Notes: a model not told the origin generated them from the letters alone. 64,000 bases of DNA from Candidatus Woesearchaeota archaeon (GCA_964457785.1 CAYWEX010000002.1:15691-79690); one strand, 5' to 3'. Positions 1 to 8,501 are shown, counted from the first letter of the stretch. Translations and numbers: made by a program.

Positions 1-80
1 TCTAATTTGGTTTTAATTCCAAATTGAGATTCTAGCTTATTGTTGATTTCTTTTATTTCCTTGCTGTTTAGGGGTTTCAT
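1..80 (-). CDS. 5' end of a CDS running off the window (MKPLNSKEIKEINNKLESQFGIKTKL...), function unknown
   Basis: ATG at complement(78..80); frame stays open to the window edge. Only 26 codons are visible, with a weak NIP7/PUA-like N-terminal flavour. Confidence 0.3.
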   Translation of the reverse strand, partial: MKPLNSKEIKEINNKLESQFGIKTKL

Positions 81-131
81 TGTTTTTTATAGAAAGAGTA
101 ACTTTAAAAATTAAATAGTTTATGATTAATT

Positions 132-1778
132 ATGCACAATGTTATTTTAAAGTATGCTCTGCAAAATGCAGCAAAATATGAGGGAAAAGCAAACTTAAAT
201 GCAGTTATTGGAAAGGTTTTTTCTGAGTTAAAAGATCTCAATAAAGGAAAGGTTGTTGAAGAAGCCAAGAAAATAATTAATGAAGTTAATTCTCTTAAAA
301 TAGATGAACAGTTAAAAAAATTACAAGAGTTAGCTCCTGAATTGTTAGAAGAAAAGAAAACAGAGGAAAAAGAAAGACCTATTCCTGATTTAGAAGGTGC
401 TGTGAAAGGAAAAGTAGTAATGAGATTTGCTCCAAATCCAGATGGGCCGCCTTCTTTAGGAAGAATGAGGCCGGGTTATTGGAGCTGGATTTTGACAAAA
501 AAATACAATGGAAAATACTTGCTGAGATTTGACGATACTGATCCGAGAACAAAATATCCAATTAAAGAGGCTTACAAATGGATGGTTGAGGATTTAAAAT
601 TCATGGGTGTAAAACCAGACAAAGTAATTATACAGTCAAAGAGATTTAAAATTTATTACAAGTATGCTGAAAAAGTAATCAAAGATGGGAATGCTTATGT
701 TTGTATTTGCAATGTTGAAGAATGGAGAAAATTAATCTGGAAATCTATTGAATGCAAATGCAGATCTTTACCATTTCAAGAACATCTAAAAAGATGGAAA
801 AAGATGTTTAAAGAATATAAAGAGGGAGAGGCTGTTTTAAGAATTAAAACAGATATTGATGCTCCAAATCCTGCATTGAGAGACTGGCCAGCTTTTAGAA
901 TTATTGAAAAACACAAGCATCCATTAAATAAAAAAGCAAGAGTATGGCCTTTATTGAATTTTGCATCTGCAATTGATGATCATGAATTGGGTGTAACGCA
1001 TATTTTAAGAGGAATTGACTTAATGATTTCTGATGAAAGACAAAAATATTTGTATAAGTTTTTTGGGTGGACTTACCCAAAAACAAAATATGCTGGAAAA
1101 TTATTATTTCATGGAATTAAAAGCACTTCCAAATCAAGAAAATTAATTGAAGAGGGAAAATTAACTGGGTGGGATGATCCTAGATTACCAACTATTAAAG
1201 CTTTAAGACGAAGAGGTTTTAGGGCAGAGGCTTTACAAAAATTCTTAATTGATTCTGGATTAGGAAAATCAGACATTAAAATTCCTGTTGATAAATTAGC
1301 TTTTTACAATAAGGAGATTATTGACAAGGATACAAACAGATACTTTTTTATTCAGGACCCTAAGAAAATTAAGATTAAGAATGTACCTAAATTAAAAACA
1401 AAAATTGAATTACACCCAGATTTTCCAAAAAAAGGATTCAGGAATTTTGAGACTTCAGATGAATTTTATATTGAAGACAATCTGGAAAAAGACAAATATT
1501 ATAGATTTATGCATTTGTTTAATTTTAAAAATAATGAATTTCACTCTGTTGAATTGAACAAAGAATTAAATGCTAAATTAATTCACTGGCTGCCTGTTTC
1601 AAAAGATTTAGTTAATGTTGAAATTGTAATGGATGATGCTTCTATTGTTAAAGGCTTAGCAGAACCTGCTGTAAAAAAAGTCAAGGTAAATGAAATTGTA
1701 CAATTTGAAAGGAAGTTTTTTGCAAAATGTGATAAAAAGGAGAAAAGTAAATTAATATTTTATTATTTACACAGATGA
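132..1778 (+). CDS. gltX: Glutamyl-tRNA synthetase, archaeal type (class I)
   Basis: N-terminal GatB/YqeY-like helix (ALQNAAKYEGKANLNAVIGKV), RFAPNPDGP, LLRFDDTDP, STSKSRKL (KMSKS equivalent), GWDDPRLPTIKALRRRG. HIGH position reads SLGR. Confidence 0.9.
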   Translation: MHNVILKYALQNAAKYEGKANLNAVIGKVFSELKDLNKGKVVEEAKKIINEVNSLKIDEQLKKLQELAPELLEEKKTEEKERPIPDLEGAVKGKVVMRFAPNPDGPPSLGRMRPGYWSWILTKKYNGKYLLRFDDTDPRTKYPIKEAYKWMVEDLKFMGVKPDKVIIQSKRFKIYYKYAEKVIKDGNAYVCICNVEEWRKLIWKSIECKCRSLPFQEHLKRWKKMFKEYKEGEAVLRIKTDIDAPNPALRDWPAFRIIEKHKHPLNKKARVWPLLNFASAIDDHELGVTHILRGIDLMISDERQKYLYKFFGWTYPKTKYAGKLLFHGIKSTSKSRKLIEEGKLTGWDDPRLPTIKALRRRGFRAEALQKFLIDSGLGKSDIKIPVDKLAFYNKEIIDKDTNRYFFIQDPKKIKIKNVPKLKTKIELHPDFPKKGFRNFETSDEFYIEDNLEKDKYYRFMHLFNFKNNEFHSVELNKELNAKLIHWLPVSKDLVNVEIVMDDASIVKGLAEPAVKKVKVNEIVQFERKFFAKCDKKEKSKLIFYYLHR

Positions 1779-2374
1779 TAGACTTACAATCTTTTGTTTT
1801 AAATTATGTTAACAGTTTTTCTTACTTTGGATTATTTATATTAATGGCAGTAATAGCCTTAGTTCCTGTTCCAGAAGAGGTTGTTTTATTATTTGCCGGA
1901 TATTTTGCTGGTTTAGGTTTTGCTGAACTGGATAAAATCTTAATAGCCAGCTTTTTAGGTGTTTTAGTTGGAGATAATTTAATTTATTTTGTAAGCAGAA
2001 GGGGGCATTATTATTTTAAAAAAATAAAAAACAAAATAGCTCCAAAAAAATTATTAAAGTACGAGAAATTAATGAAAGAGCATTCAGGAAAAACAATTTT
2101 TCTTCTCAGATTTATTGTTGGATTGAGATTTTTAGGGCCCTTTATGGCTGGACATATGAAAATTAAGTGGAGTACGTTTTTCTTTTTCAATCTGCTTGCT
2201 GTTTTGATTTATGTGCCTGTTTTTGTTTTAATTGGATATAATTTTACAACAATATTAGACATAATTATTGAAAATATAAATAAAGTCAGGCATGGAATTT
2301 TTTTAATTATTTTGTTAATAGTTGCGATATTTGTTTACCAGTTTATTGACAAGAAATTTTTAAATAAAAAATAA
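1775..2374 (+). CDS. DedA/VTT-family membrane protein
   Basis: LFAGYFAG...GDNLIYFVSRRG...RFIVGLRFLGPFMAG motifs; multi-TM; 4-nt overlap with gltX. Confidence 0.85.
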   Translation: MIDLQSFVLNYVNSFSYFGLFILMAVIALVPVPEEVVLLFAGYFAGLGFAELDKILIASFLGVLVGDNLIYFVSRRGHYYFKKIKNKIAPKKLLKYEKLMKEHSGKTIFLLRFIVGLRFLGPFMAGHMKIKWSTFFFFNLLAVLIYVPVFVLIGYNFTTILDIIIENINKVRHGIFLIILLIVAIFVYQFIDKKFLNKK

Positions 2375-2376
2375 CC

Positions 2377-2979
2377 TTAGATTAAAAATACACTGAAACC
2401 TGTCCTGAACAAGTAAATAACTGTGCCTGCAACCAGAGGAACAATGAAGTTATCGTCTATATCTGAAACACCAATTTTAAAACCAGCTCCCTCGACTATC
2501 ATTGCAAACAAGCTTGCGAAAAAAGCTTCTGTATAGCTCACAAATAAAATACTGCTTAAAAATGCAAAAAACATTCCAGCCAAGATTCCTTCTAATTTTT
2601 TAAGACCATTAAAAGCTAATTTTGTTTTTCCAAGAAAATGACCTACTAAGTAGGCTGTTGAATCTCCAAATGTCAGGATTATTATAGAGGCTAAGGCTAT
2701 ATCTTTATCAAATATTTTGATTACTAATAAAGAACCACCTAGAAAAAAGACCATGCCTTTAAATGGAAATTTTTTAATGTATTTCTTTCTTTCAAAATTT
2801 GTTAAAAGGAAGTTGATTACAGGAATTTTAAATTTCATGCTTAATAGCGAGAGAATGCCAAAGAAAATTATTAAAAAGAACAGATATTTTTGGGTTAAGA
2901 CATTATAGTAATATGTTAAGACAATAAACAAACCTGTACAAATGTGAGCTAATTTTCTTTTTACTTCTAAATTGTCCAT
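2377..2979 (-). CDS. CdsA-superfamily CTP-dependent polyprenol (dolichol) kinase / cytidylyltransferase-like membrane protein
   Basis: KRKLAHI N-terminus and GDSTAYLVGHFLGKTKL signature of the CdsA/SEC59 family; multi-TM. Confidence 0.6.
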   Translation of the reverse strand: MDNLEVKRKLAHICTGLFIVLTYYYNVLTQKYLFFLIIFFGILSLLSMKFKIPVINFLLTNFERKKYIKKFPFKGMVFFLGGSLLVIKIFDKDIALASIIILTFGDSTAYLVGHFLGKTKLAFNGLKKLEGILAGMFFAFLSSILFVSYTEAFFASLFAMIVEGAGFKIGVSDIDDNFIVPLVAGTVIYLFRTGFSVFLI

Positions 2980-2980
2980 T

Positions 2981-3008
2981 TTAACCTTTTTATAAAAAGC
3001 TTAACCAA
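2981..3008 (-). repeat. Stem-loop element copy (RNA sense UUGG-UUAAGCUUUU-UAUA-AAAAGGUUAA), ends 1 nt before the ATG at 2979
   Basis: Family member: 10-bp stem with a central G.G mismatch. A U-A pair replaces the consensus G-C pair. Confidence 0.65.
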
Positions 3009-3021
3009 AAACTTTTTGCTT

Positions 3022-3561
3022 TTAATTTTTGTTATTAAACAGCTTTATAATATTTACCCCAACTAAAATCCCAATCAACATTCCACCAATTATATCTGAT
3101 AAATGATGAACACCCAAATATATTCTTGAGAGAGCAACAAGCAAGGAAATTGTTAACCAGGTATATTTGTATTCTTTAAAATTTGAATAAAATATTGGGA
3201 GTAAAGCAAACATTATGGTTGTGTGGCCAGAAGGAAAAGAAAAACTTGATGTTTCAATTAAATTGATTAACGGCCTTGGTCTTTGTATAATTATCTTCAG
3301 AATAAAAACCAATAATCCTGCTGCGAGAAAAGAAGTCCAAAGAGCTATAAGGTTTTTTAACTTCTGATTTTTAAATAATGGAATTAATGTAATTATTACA
3401 GCTAAAAAGTAATAATTAAAGTATTTTGAGAAGAAAATAAAGAATTTATTCAAGCTTTCGATTCTTAAATATTCGATTAAATCTAAAATAAACTTGTCTA
3501 TATAAAAACTTAAAATCAGCATAAAAGTTAAACCAAGCAGTATTTTAGTTGTTTTTTGCAT
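3022..3561 (-). CDS. PAP2-family (polyprenyl-diphosphate/lipid) phosphatase
   Basis: All three PAP2 motifs are present: KIIIQRPRP, PSGHT, SRIYLGVHHLSD. Multi-TM. Confidence 0.85.
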   Translation of the reverse strand: MQKTTKILLGLTFMLILSFYIDKFILDLIEYLRIESLNKFFIFFSKYFNYYFLAVIITLIPLFKNQKLKNLIALWTSFLAAGLLVFILKIIIQRPRPLINLIETSSFSFPSGHTTIMFALLPIFYSNFKEYKYTWLTISLLVALSRIYLGVHHLSDIIGGMLIGILVGVNIIKLFNNKN

Positions 3562-3609
3562 CTTTTGGAAATCCTATAACTTTTTATAAACTTAACTTTT
3601 TATACTTTT

Positions 3610-4128
3610 ATGAAATACTTGCATAATTTAGGAATAAGGCTTTTAACAGCTTTGTTTTTATCTATTTTTGGAATCTATATAGTTTATTTTTTATTAACTT
3701 TACCTACTTTCTTTGCTTCTTATTTAACTTTATTTTTTTATAATCCCGCTATTTTTGGAAATATTTTAGTTATAAATGATATACATCTAGAATTTATTCC
3801 AGCCTGCATGGCTGCTTCAGCTTATGTTTTATTTGCTATTTTAATTTTATTAACAAAAGATATTGACTTTAAAAAGGGAATAAAGATGTTTTTATTAGGG
3901 GGCTTTATTTTATTTATGGTAAATATATTAAGAATATTTGTTTTGGCAATTGCGCTTATTGAATTTGACAAAAGATGGTTTGACACATTACATTTGTTTT
4001 TCTGGCAGATTTTTTCTACTTTTTTTGTTGTTATGACTTGGATTTATTTGACTAAGAAATTCAAAGTTAAGACAATTCCGATTTATTCTGATTTTATGTA
4101 TTTGAAGAGGCATTTAAGGATAAAGTAA
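3610..4128 (+). CDS. Minimal exosortase/archaeosortase-family protein (candidate)
   Basis: 172-aa polytopic protein with a Cys/Arg/His triad in family-typical contexts: IPACMAAS, VNILRIFV, DTLHLFFW. Confidence 0.5.
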   Translation: MKYLHNLGIRLLTALFLSIFGIYIVYFLLTLPTFFASYLTLFFYNPAIFGNILVINDIHLEFIPACMAASAYVLFAILILLTKDIDFKKGIKMFLLGGFILFMVNILRIFVLAIALIEFDKRWFDTLHLFFWQIFSTFFVVMTWIYLTKKFKVKTIPIYSDFMYLKRHLRIK

Positions 4129-4169
4129 ACTTTTTTAAATATTTAATTCCTTAAAGATAGTGTGTTGTT

Positions 4170-4652
4170 CTAGAAGTCTAAATCCTTCAATTCTACAATT
4201 TCTTTAAATCCTTTTAATCCTACACCTACAGATGCAATGGTTTGTGCTCGTGCTTTCATAACCTTTAATAATCCAGAATTAGGCCTTGAATGGAAATAAA
4301 TAGCTACACTATTATATGCTGGACAAGGAAACCTATTCTTATTTTTATTAGTTAAGAGTGCGAGATTGCCTTTTCCATCATTACCATATCTTGGATTTGG
4401 AAAAATCGAAACAGGTCTATGACATCCATGTTCATCTGGAACTTGAACAACTAAGTCTTCAAGTTTAGCAACTATATGTGGAATCTCTTTTTGAGCAATT
4501 TATGCTTCTTCTTTTCCAACTTCGCACTCTCCGATTTGACCAGTCACATATGCACAAATTTCTCTTTCAAAACTGCCTGCATATGTATCAGTATCTATAA
4601 CAAATAAATAATGGTCAGGTTCTTCTCGCTTAACAGGCTTTACCATAAACAT
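4170..4652 (-). pseudogene. 160-codon frame interrupted by one in-frame TAA (codon 51, complement 4500..4502); product unknown
   Basis: Manual translation: MFMVKPVKREEPDHYLFVIDTDTYAGSFEREICAYVTGQIGECEVGKEEA*IAQKEIPHIVAKLEDLVVQVPDEHGCHRPVSIFPNPRYGNDG...KDLDF. A TATA-like AAAATTATAAAG lies ~20 nt upstream. Absent from the ORF track. Confidence 0.55.
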
Positions 4653-4703
4653 AGGAATAAAGCAAGGCTTTATAATTTTTTGCAGGGAAACTCAAGATAA
4701 TTG

Positions 4704-4718
4704 CGAAAAGTTTAAATA
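4704..4718 (+). promoter_or_regulatory. BRE/TATA promoter (CGAAAAG-TTTAAATA) for the 4741 gene
   Basis: TATA centre is ~26 nt upstream of the ATG, consistent with a leaderless or short-leader archaeal mRNA. Confidence 0.5.
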
Positions 4719-4740
4719 TTACTTTGTATTACTTGGTAAT

Positions 4741-5001
4741 ATGATGGAAACTGTGAGCTTAAAATTAGAAAAGAAATTTTCCAAACACCTAGATAAAGTT
4801 ATGAAAAAACATAGTTATAGCACTAAAACTGAATTTATAAGAGAAGCTATTAGAGACAAGATTAATGAATTAGAAACAAAGCAAGCTTTAGAAAGGGCAA
4901 GAAAGATATACGGAGCTTCAAGATTAAAAACTACAGATGAACAATTACATAAAGCAAGAGAGAAAGCAGTTAAAGAGCTAGAGAACGAATTTGGATTGTA
5001 G
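4741..5001 (+). CDS. Ribbon-helix-helix (CopG/RHH) antitoxin-like DNA-binding protein
   Basis: N-terminal beta-strand VSLKLEKKF followed by TKTEFIREAIRDKI, the RHH pattern. Small, with a charged C-terminus. Confidence 0.7.
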   Translation: MMETVSLKLEKKFSKHLDKVMKKHSYSTKTEFIREAIRDKINELETKQALERARKIYGASRLKTTDEQLHKAREKAVKELENEFGL

Positions 5002-5024
5002 CAATTCTTTGGGTTTTTTTACTT

Positions 5025-5399
5025 CTATAATGTTATCAGTTTTTCAAAATGTTTATCTCTAGAAACCATAATCGCGTCATTATCTCTTGAAATGACGGCG
5101 TGTAAAACATCTCCTTTAGGTATATCTTTTTGAGAAGCTAATTTTTTTGATTCTTTTTCTTGATTTCTAGTTATGTGCACTCTTTTTATGTTTCCTAACC
5201 TAAATATTCTAAAAATCGAATTTATTTCGTCTAAATTATAATTTAAATCTTTTAATTCTTTAATGTGAAGATCAGATAAAATAATGGTGACATTCTCTTC
5301 AATTAACTTTAATATTAATTTGAGGGCTTCTTCACCATTTTCGCCTCTTTTTTCATAAGCATCTAATAAAATAGATGTATCTAAATTATAAGTTGTCAT
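5025..5399 (-). CDS. PIN-domain (VapC-like) nuclease
   Basis: LDTSILLD N-terminal acidic motif and SRDNDAIMVSRDKHF distal acidic residues; ~124 aa. Confidence 0.7.
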   Translation of the reverse strand: MTTYNLDTSILLDAYEKRGENGEEALKLILKLIEENVTIILSDLHIKELKDLNYNLDEINSIFRIFRLGNIKRVHITRNQEKESKKLASQKDIPKGDVLHAVISRDNDAIMVSRDKHFEKLITL

Positions 5400-5483
5400 A
5401 ATTTATAAAAAATAATTTGTTGCTTATAACTCTTCTCTAAAAGTTTACGAAAAATCTGAAAGATTTTCGAAATAATTCGTAAG

Positions 5484-6128
5484 TTAATGAAGTTTTTTAT
5501 TATTTAAATAATGGAAGAATATTTCTTTTATTAATGGAATTAATGAGACTATTATAATTAATATTATGACTATATTAAAATTATTCTGAACAAATGGAAT
5601 ATTTCCGAAGAAATAACCAGTAAAAATAAACAGACTACACCAAAGAAAAGCACCAATTGCATTATATTTTAAAAAAGTTGAATATGACATTTTCCCAATA
5701 CCCGCAACAAAAGGAGCAAATGTTCTTATTATGGGTATAAACCTTGCAAGAATTATTGTTTTTTTACCGTGTTTTTCATAAAATAACTGGGAGCGTGTTA
5801 AATGCTCTTTATGGAATAAAAATGAATTTTCTTTATGAAATATTTTTGGACCAATATATTTGCCAACATGATAGTTTACTGCATCTCCCATAATAGCAGC
5901 GATTAAGATTATAAAAAAAACGAATTTTATATTTAGAGAACCCAAAGCAGCTAAAGCCCCAACAACAAATAAAAGAGAGTCACCTGGAAGAAAAGGAGCT
6001 ACAATAAGACCAGTCTCCATAAATATAACAAGAAATAAAAAAACATAACTTAAGGAAGAATATTCCTGGACTACTATTTGGAGATATTTGTCTAAATGTA
6101 AGAAAATATCTATTAATTTTATTGCCAT
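5484..6128 (-). CDS. DedA/VTT-family membrane protein (second paralog)
   Basis: VAPFLPGDSLLFVVGALAA...GDAVNYHVGKYIG...ILARFIPIIRTFAPFVAG. Confidence 0.85.
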   Translation of the reverse strand: MAIKLIDIFLHLDKYLQIVVQEYSSLSYVFLFLVIFMETGLIVAPFLPGDSLLFVVGALAALGSLNIKFVFFIILIAAIMGDAVNYHVGKYIGPKIFHKENSFLFHKEHLTRSQLFYEKHGKKTIILARFIPIIRTFAPFVAGIGKMSYSTFLKYNAIGAFLWCSLFIFTGYFFGNIPFVQNNFNIVIILIIIVSLIPLIKEIFFHYLNNKKLH

Positions 6129-6142
6129 ATTTTTAAGAAATA

Positions 6143-7009
6143 TTACTGTTCATTTTTAAGCTTTCCCTGCATTACTATTAAATCTTCTGTTGTTAATTTA
6201 ACTCTATTTTTTATTTTTTCTTCTACAATCTTTGATTTTTCCTCTATTATCCTTTCCTCTTCTTTTTTTCTTGCTTCTTTTTTATTACTTTCTCTAAAAG
6301 ATGGATTTATTTTTCCAATTTCTATTAAGTTTGTATTTAGTTCTAAGCTTAAATTTTCAGAGTTTTTATTAATTTCATCTACTTCTTTTTGTTTGTCTTC
6401 TTGTGATTTTCTTAATTTATCCAATTGCCTGAATAAATCTTTAAATCCTTTATTTTCTTCTTTATTACAATTCAGGATTTCTTTTATTTTATTATGATAT
6501 GAATTTGCCTTTTCTCTTTCTTCTCTGATATCTTTTGATAATTTTTCTATTTTTTCCTGAATTACAAATAATTCCCCAGAATTCTTAAAATCTGTCTTCA
6601 ATTTTCTTATTTCAGCCATCAGCTTTTTCTCTTTTTCAAAAGAAATAACTTCTGTCTGGATTTTTATCTCTATTTTATCGATTTTTTCCTTTAAAGCCAA
6701 AGGATTGTAATTTATTTTAAATTTCTTTTCCACTTCCTTAGTTTGGATATTTAATGCTTTTAAGGCAGAAACTAAATTTTTAACATTTGTATTATGAGAA
6801 TCTCTTTGTTTTTTTAATTCTTCTAATTCAGCAGAAAATGTATTTTTTTTGTTTTTGAATTCGTTTACTTTATTTAGAACTTCCCTAATTTCAGATCTTA
6901 TTTTTTGTATTTCTTTTAATTTTTCTCTTTTTGTTAAATTTAAGCTGTTAAGGTTACTTCTAAGTAGATTAATGTCCTTTTTTAATTTATATAAGTCAGC
7001 TTTCTCCAT
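6143..7009 (-). CDS. Long coiled-coil protein (archaeal COG1340-like)
   Basis: Heptad-rich K/E/L/N composition throughout and no enzymatic motifs; lies downstream of the stalk operon. Confidence 0.55.
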   Translation of the reverse strand: MEKADLYKLKKDINLLRSNLNSLNLTKREKLKEIQKIRSEIREVLNKVNEFKNKKNTFSAELEELKKQRDSHNTNVKNLVSALKALNIQTKEVEKKFKINYNPLALKEKIDKIEIKIQTEVISFEKEKKLMAEIRKLKTDFKNSGELFVIQEKIEKLSKDIREEREKANSYHNKIKEILNCNKEENKGFKDLFRQLDKLRKSQEDKQKEVDEINKNSENLSLELNTNLIEIGKINPSFRESNKKEARKKEEERIIEEKSKIVEEKIKNRVKLTTEDLIVMQGKLKNEQ

Positions 7010-7051
7010 ATTAAAAATAAAATAACTGAAGTCATCAGTTTAAGGCAAGGC

Positions 7052-7351
7052 TTATCCAAATAATGAGCCTAAACCTGCGGCTGCTGCTTCTTCAGCTTTC
7101 TTTTCGTCTTCTGCTGATTTCTTTTCTTCTTTCTTGGCTTCTGCTTTTGTTTCTGCTGCTGGTGCTGCAACTGGTATAGCTGCTTGTTTTATGACTTCGT
7201 CTATATTTACGCCGTCTAAAGCTGCTAATAAAGCTCTTGCTTTCATTTCGTCTGCATGACCACCTGCTGCATCTACAACTTTTTTAACTCTATCAGTTGT
7301 CAATTCTGCTCCAAGTTTATGGATCAGCAAAGCTGAATAAACATATTCCAT
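7052..7351 (-). CDS. rpl12: Ribosomal stalk protein P1 (aL12)
   Basis: [15 protein letters not shown]-terminus, Ala/Glu/Lys hinge and conserved C-terminal GLGSLFG. SD GGAGGT lies 5 nt upstream. Confidence 0.92.
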   Translation of the reverse strand: MEYVYSALLIHKLGAELTTDRVKKVVDAAGGHADEMKARALLAALDGVNIDEVIKQAAIPVAAPAAETKAEAKKEEKKSAEDEKKAEEAAAAGLGSLFG

Positions 7352-7366
7352 ATTTAACCTCCGAAA

Positions 7367-8473
7367 TTATATTTCTCCTCTAATTTTTTTATCAGTAAGC
7401 TGTCTTAAGATATCTGCTGCTCTCTGCATTTCATCTTTTTCAGCATTAACTTTTTTCATTTCAACTTTAGTATCATTATTTTCTTTTACTTTTTCAATTT
7501 CTTCTTTTAAGGAATCTTTTTGAAAAGAAGCTTCACCAAGAGCTGGTTTTTCTTCAACATTTTTCGGTTCTTCTTTCAATTCTTCAGTTTTTTGTTCTGG
7601 TTCTGAAACTATTTCTTCAGAAATTTCATTAACTTCTTGTTTTACTTCCTCTTTTGATATTTCTATATTTTTTGTTTCAACTGAATCTAAATTTGGTACT
7701 TTTGTTTCTAAAGCTGATGCTTCTAAATAGGCTTTCTTCACTAATATTTCTATAGTTTCCTTTACTGGATATGATATGTTTACTGCTAAGTTTATAGATT
7801 CATGGAAAGCTAATTTTAAATTGTTTAGGAATTCCTCTTCATTTATATCCAAGATGTCTTTTGTCAATATTTCTCCATTTTTATAGGTTAATATTAGATT
7901 AAAACCAATTTCCATTGGCGCAATTCCTAGTTTGCTTAGAATACTAGCTACTTTTGAATTTATTTCTTCGCCTTCTCTTACAATTAGTTTATCTTCTTTT
8001 ATATGTATTTTTCCTTCTAAAACTTGAGTCTTAATTCCTAGCTGTCCGAATTCACCAATCATAGGGCCTGGTGTAAATTGTGTTGGACCTGCATTTATTG
8101 TAATGTCTTTATTTGCAATCTGACCTGGCTTAGCAAAAGCACTTGATTTATTTTTATTTAAGTTTTTTTGCAGCTTGAATTCATCTTCATTTGTGAATAA
8201 TAATGCTGGTGATCCCTTAATCATGTCTCCTATTTTGGAAATTTCTTTTTTTTCTTTTTCCAATTGAGACAATGCTATTTTTATCAATCTTTTTTTAGTG
8301 ACTTTTATAGAGACCTTATCTTTTAATTTATGCTTTATTTTCAAAAACTGGCTGGCTGGGAGATTTTGAAGATTTAAAACTCCAATTACATTATGCTTTC
8401 TAATTAAATCTTTTAATTGCTCTATTTCTTTCTTTTTATATTCACTTACATGAGCTACTTGGACTTGCTGCAT
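7367..8473 (-). CDS. rpl10: Ribosomal protein uL10 (P0) with a long K/E-rich C-terminal extension
   Basis: N-terminal P0 domain (EYKKKEIEQLKDLIRKHNVIGVLNLQNLPASQ...). Sits between L1 and L12. Confidence 0.88.
   Translation of the reverse strand: MQQVQVAHVSEYKKKEIEQLKDLIRKHNVIGVLNLQNLPASQFLKIKHKLKDKVSIKVTKKRLIKIALSQLEKEKKEISKIGDMIKGSPALLFTNEDEFKLQKNLNKNKSSAFAKPGQIANKDITINAGPTQFTPGPMIGEFGQLGIKTQVLEGKIHIKEDKLIVREGEEINSKVASILSKLGIAPMEIGFNLILTYKNGEILTKDILDINEEEFLNNLKLAFHESINLAVNISYPVKETIEILVKKAYLEASALETKVPNLDSVETKNIEISKEEVKQEVNEISEEIVSEPEQKTEELKEEPKNVEEKPALGEASFQKDSLKEEIEKVKENNDTKVEMKKVNAEKDEMQRAADILRQLTDKKIRGEI
7511..7539 (-). repeat. Stem-loop element copy inside the uL10 coding tail (translated ALGEASFQKDS)
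   Basis: CTTGGTGAAGCTTCTTTTCAAAAAGATTCC; stem GAAGCUU/AAGAUUC with a G.A mismatch. Shares an extra ~15 nt (GAAGAAAAACCAGC) with the uS3 copy. Confidence 0.7.
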
Positions 8474-8501
8474 TTAAACTTTTAGAAAAGTTTAATCAAA
8501 C

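Noticed and set aside
7024-7040. Hairpin AACTGA-AGTCA-TCAGTT between the rpl12 stop and the coiled-coil gene start
   Set aside because: It is a single 6-bp stem in an AT-rich spacer. It could be a terminator or stability element, but there is no repetition or covariation to support a function.
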